Positions 63,270-64,000 of a DNA stretch of 64,000 nucleotides are shown in pieces (the first letter of the stretch is position 1; every line of letters starts with the position of its first letter). Below the pieces are notes generated by a model that was not told where the DNA came from, made no database searches, and worked only from the letters and a program-made list of their open reading frames with translations. The translations under genes were made by a program, and so were the position numbers. The DNA is from Tolypothrix carrinoi HA7290-LM1 (GTDB taxonomy: Bacteria; Cyanobacteriota; Cyanobacteriia; Cyanobacteriales; Nostocaceae), in contig JAHHIK010000026.1 of assembly GCA_019358935.1 (NCBI GenBank), forward strand, positions 1-64,000, in the 5' to 3' direction.

Positions 63270-64000
63270 TTAGTGAAGGTCAAAAGTAACTTTGTACTTC
63301 TTGCCCGATTGAGGAACGTTGCGATTAACTAAATCTGAGACTGTCTTGGTATTTTCAATTATTTCCAAACCCACAGGAGAAAAAGTGTCTTTATTGAAGA
63401 TACTGGGTGATAGTAAAGGATTATTCAGCGCCTCAGAAAAGGCATCAATTCCAATTAAGCGTGCTACTAGGGGAGGGATAGTTGAATTTTTCCGCACCTC
63501 CTCGGCGTAGATTCCCACATAAAACTCAATATTATCAACATGACCATATAATTCTTTGAGTTTCTCTTGAGCAAATTCATCGCCGGTAATTTGCTCAAAC
63601 TTGGTTACTCTGGGGAAACCGCACAATTCCCGATAATCGTTATAGCTTGCCAATTGCAATTGCCGTCCCAATCTGATAGAGGGTAACTCAGTTAACTCAA
63701 CCAATATATCAGGGGTGTTGAATAAACCAATTCTTGTACCTGGTTGGGAACAAGTTTCCTCCATCAATGCTCCCAAACCTTGATCGATGAACATCTTATT
63801 GTTCCACAAAGATGCAGCAATATGAGTTGGTTGACCGTTATAGTTAAAGGTATCCGGGATTGCACTATGCCAGCGATAAACAAAATCAAATTCAATTGTC
63901 ATCCAATTGGGACGATACCAACTTTCCTTCGTAAAAGCTTCCGGATCGGCAAACAACTTAAAGTGATAGGGAGTTATGTGGTTAATGTACTCTTCCATGA
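63270..64000 (-). CDS. Peroxidase-cyclooxygenase family heme protein (fatty-acid dioxygenase-like), C-terminal part
   Basis: EFDFVYRWH, SYNDYR..CGF and LYGHVDNIEFYVG motifs. Gene continues beyond the window end. Confidence 0.85.
   Translation of the reverse strand, partial: MEEYINHITPYHFKLFADPEAFTKESWYRPNWMTIEFDFVYRWHSAIPDTFNYNGQPTHIAASLWNNKMFIDQGLGALMEETCSQPGTRIGLFNTPDILVELTELPSIRLGRQLQLASYNDYRELCGFPRVTKFEQITGDEFAQEKLKELYGHVDNIEFYVGIYAEEVRKNSTIPPLVARLIGIDAFSEALNNPLLSPSIFNKDTFSPVGLEIIENTKTVSDLVNRNVPQSGKKYKVTFDLH

Noticed and set aside
63102..63270. Genomic island integrated at tRNA-Arg
   Set aside because: No integrase and no duplicated tRNA 3' end within the window.

Overview
Chromosomal window from a filamentous, probably heterocyst-forming (Nostocales-type) cyanobacterium. 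The assignment is inferred from dense HIP1 octamers (GCGATCGC), heptamer tandem-repeat arrays and genes such as hrmK, psaX and ndhB. Housekeeping and signalling genes include larE, hrmK, natD, psaX, lipA, ndhB, an RRM protein, topA, aroQ, ahcY, trmFO and tRNA-Arg(CCG). Accessory content includes a terpene synthase + cytochrome P450 pair between two giant Ser/Thr-kinase/ATPase/His-kinase genes, a caspase-like protease, redox genes, an orphaned HigA-ImmA antitoxin and several pseudogenes. The most striking signal is at 48230-48567 (minus strand), upstream of a short DAHP synthase with no recognisable regulatory domain. It carries two tandem ribosome-mediated attenuator-like units, each with an unannotated Phe/Tyr/Trp-rich leader peptide (MLSSNSYFYFWFRVVHRG and MTHFGSWFYGFYFWRGASSG), an antiterminator helix and an intrinsic terminator. 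Other highlights: a LexA-box two-gene operon of unknown function; a GST/higB deletion junction at a HIP1 site; a ~45-nt self-nesting hairpin element family with compensatory base changes; and a four-helix-bundle gene bracketed by heptamer repeats. All family calls come from motif recognition by eye; no searches were run.
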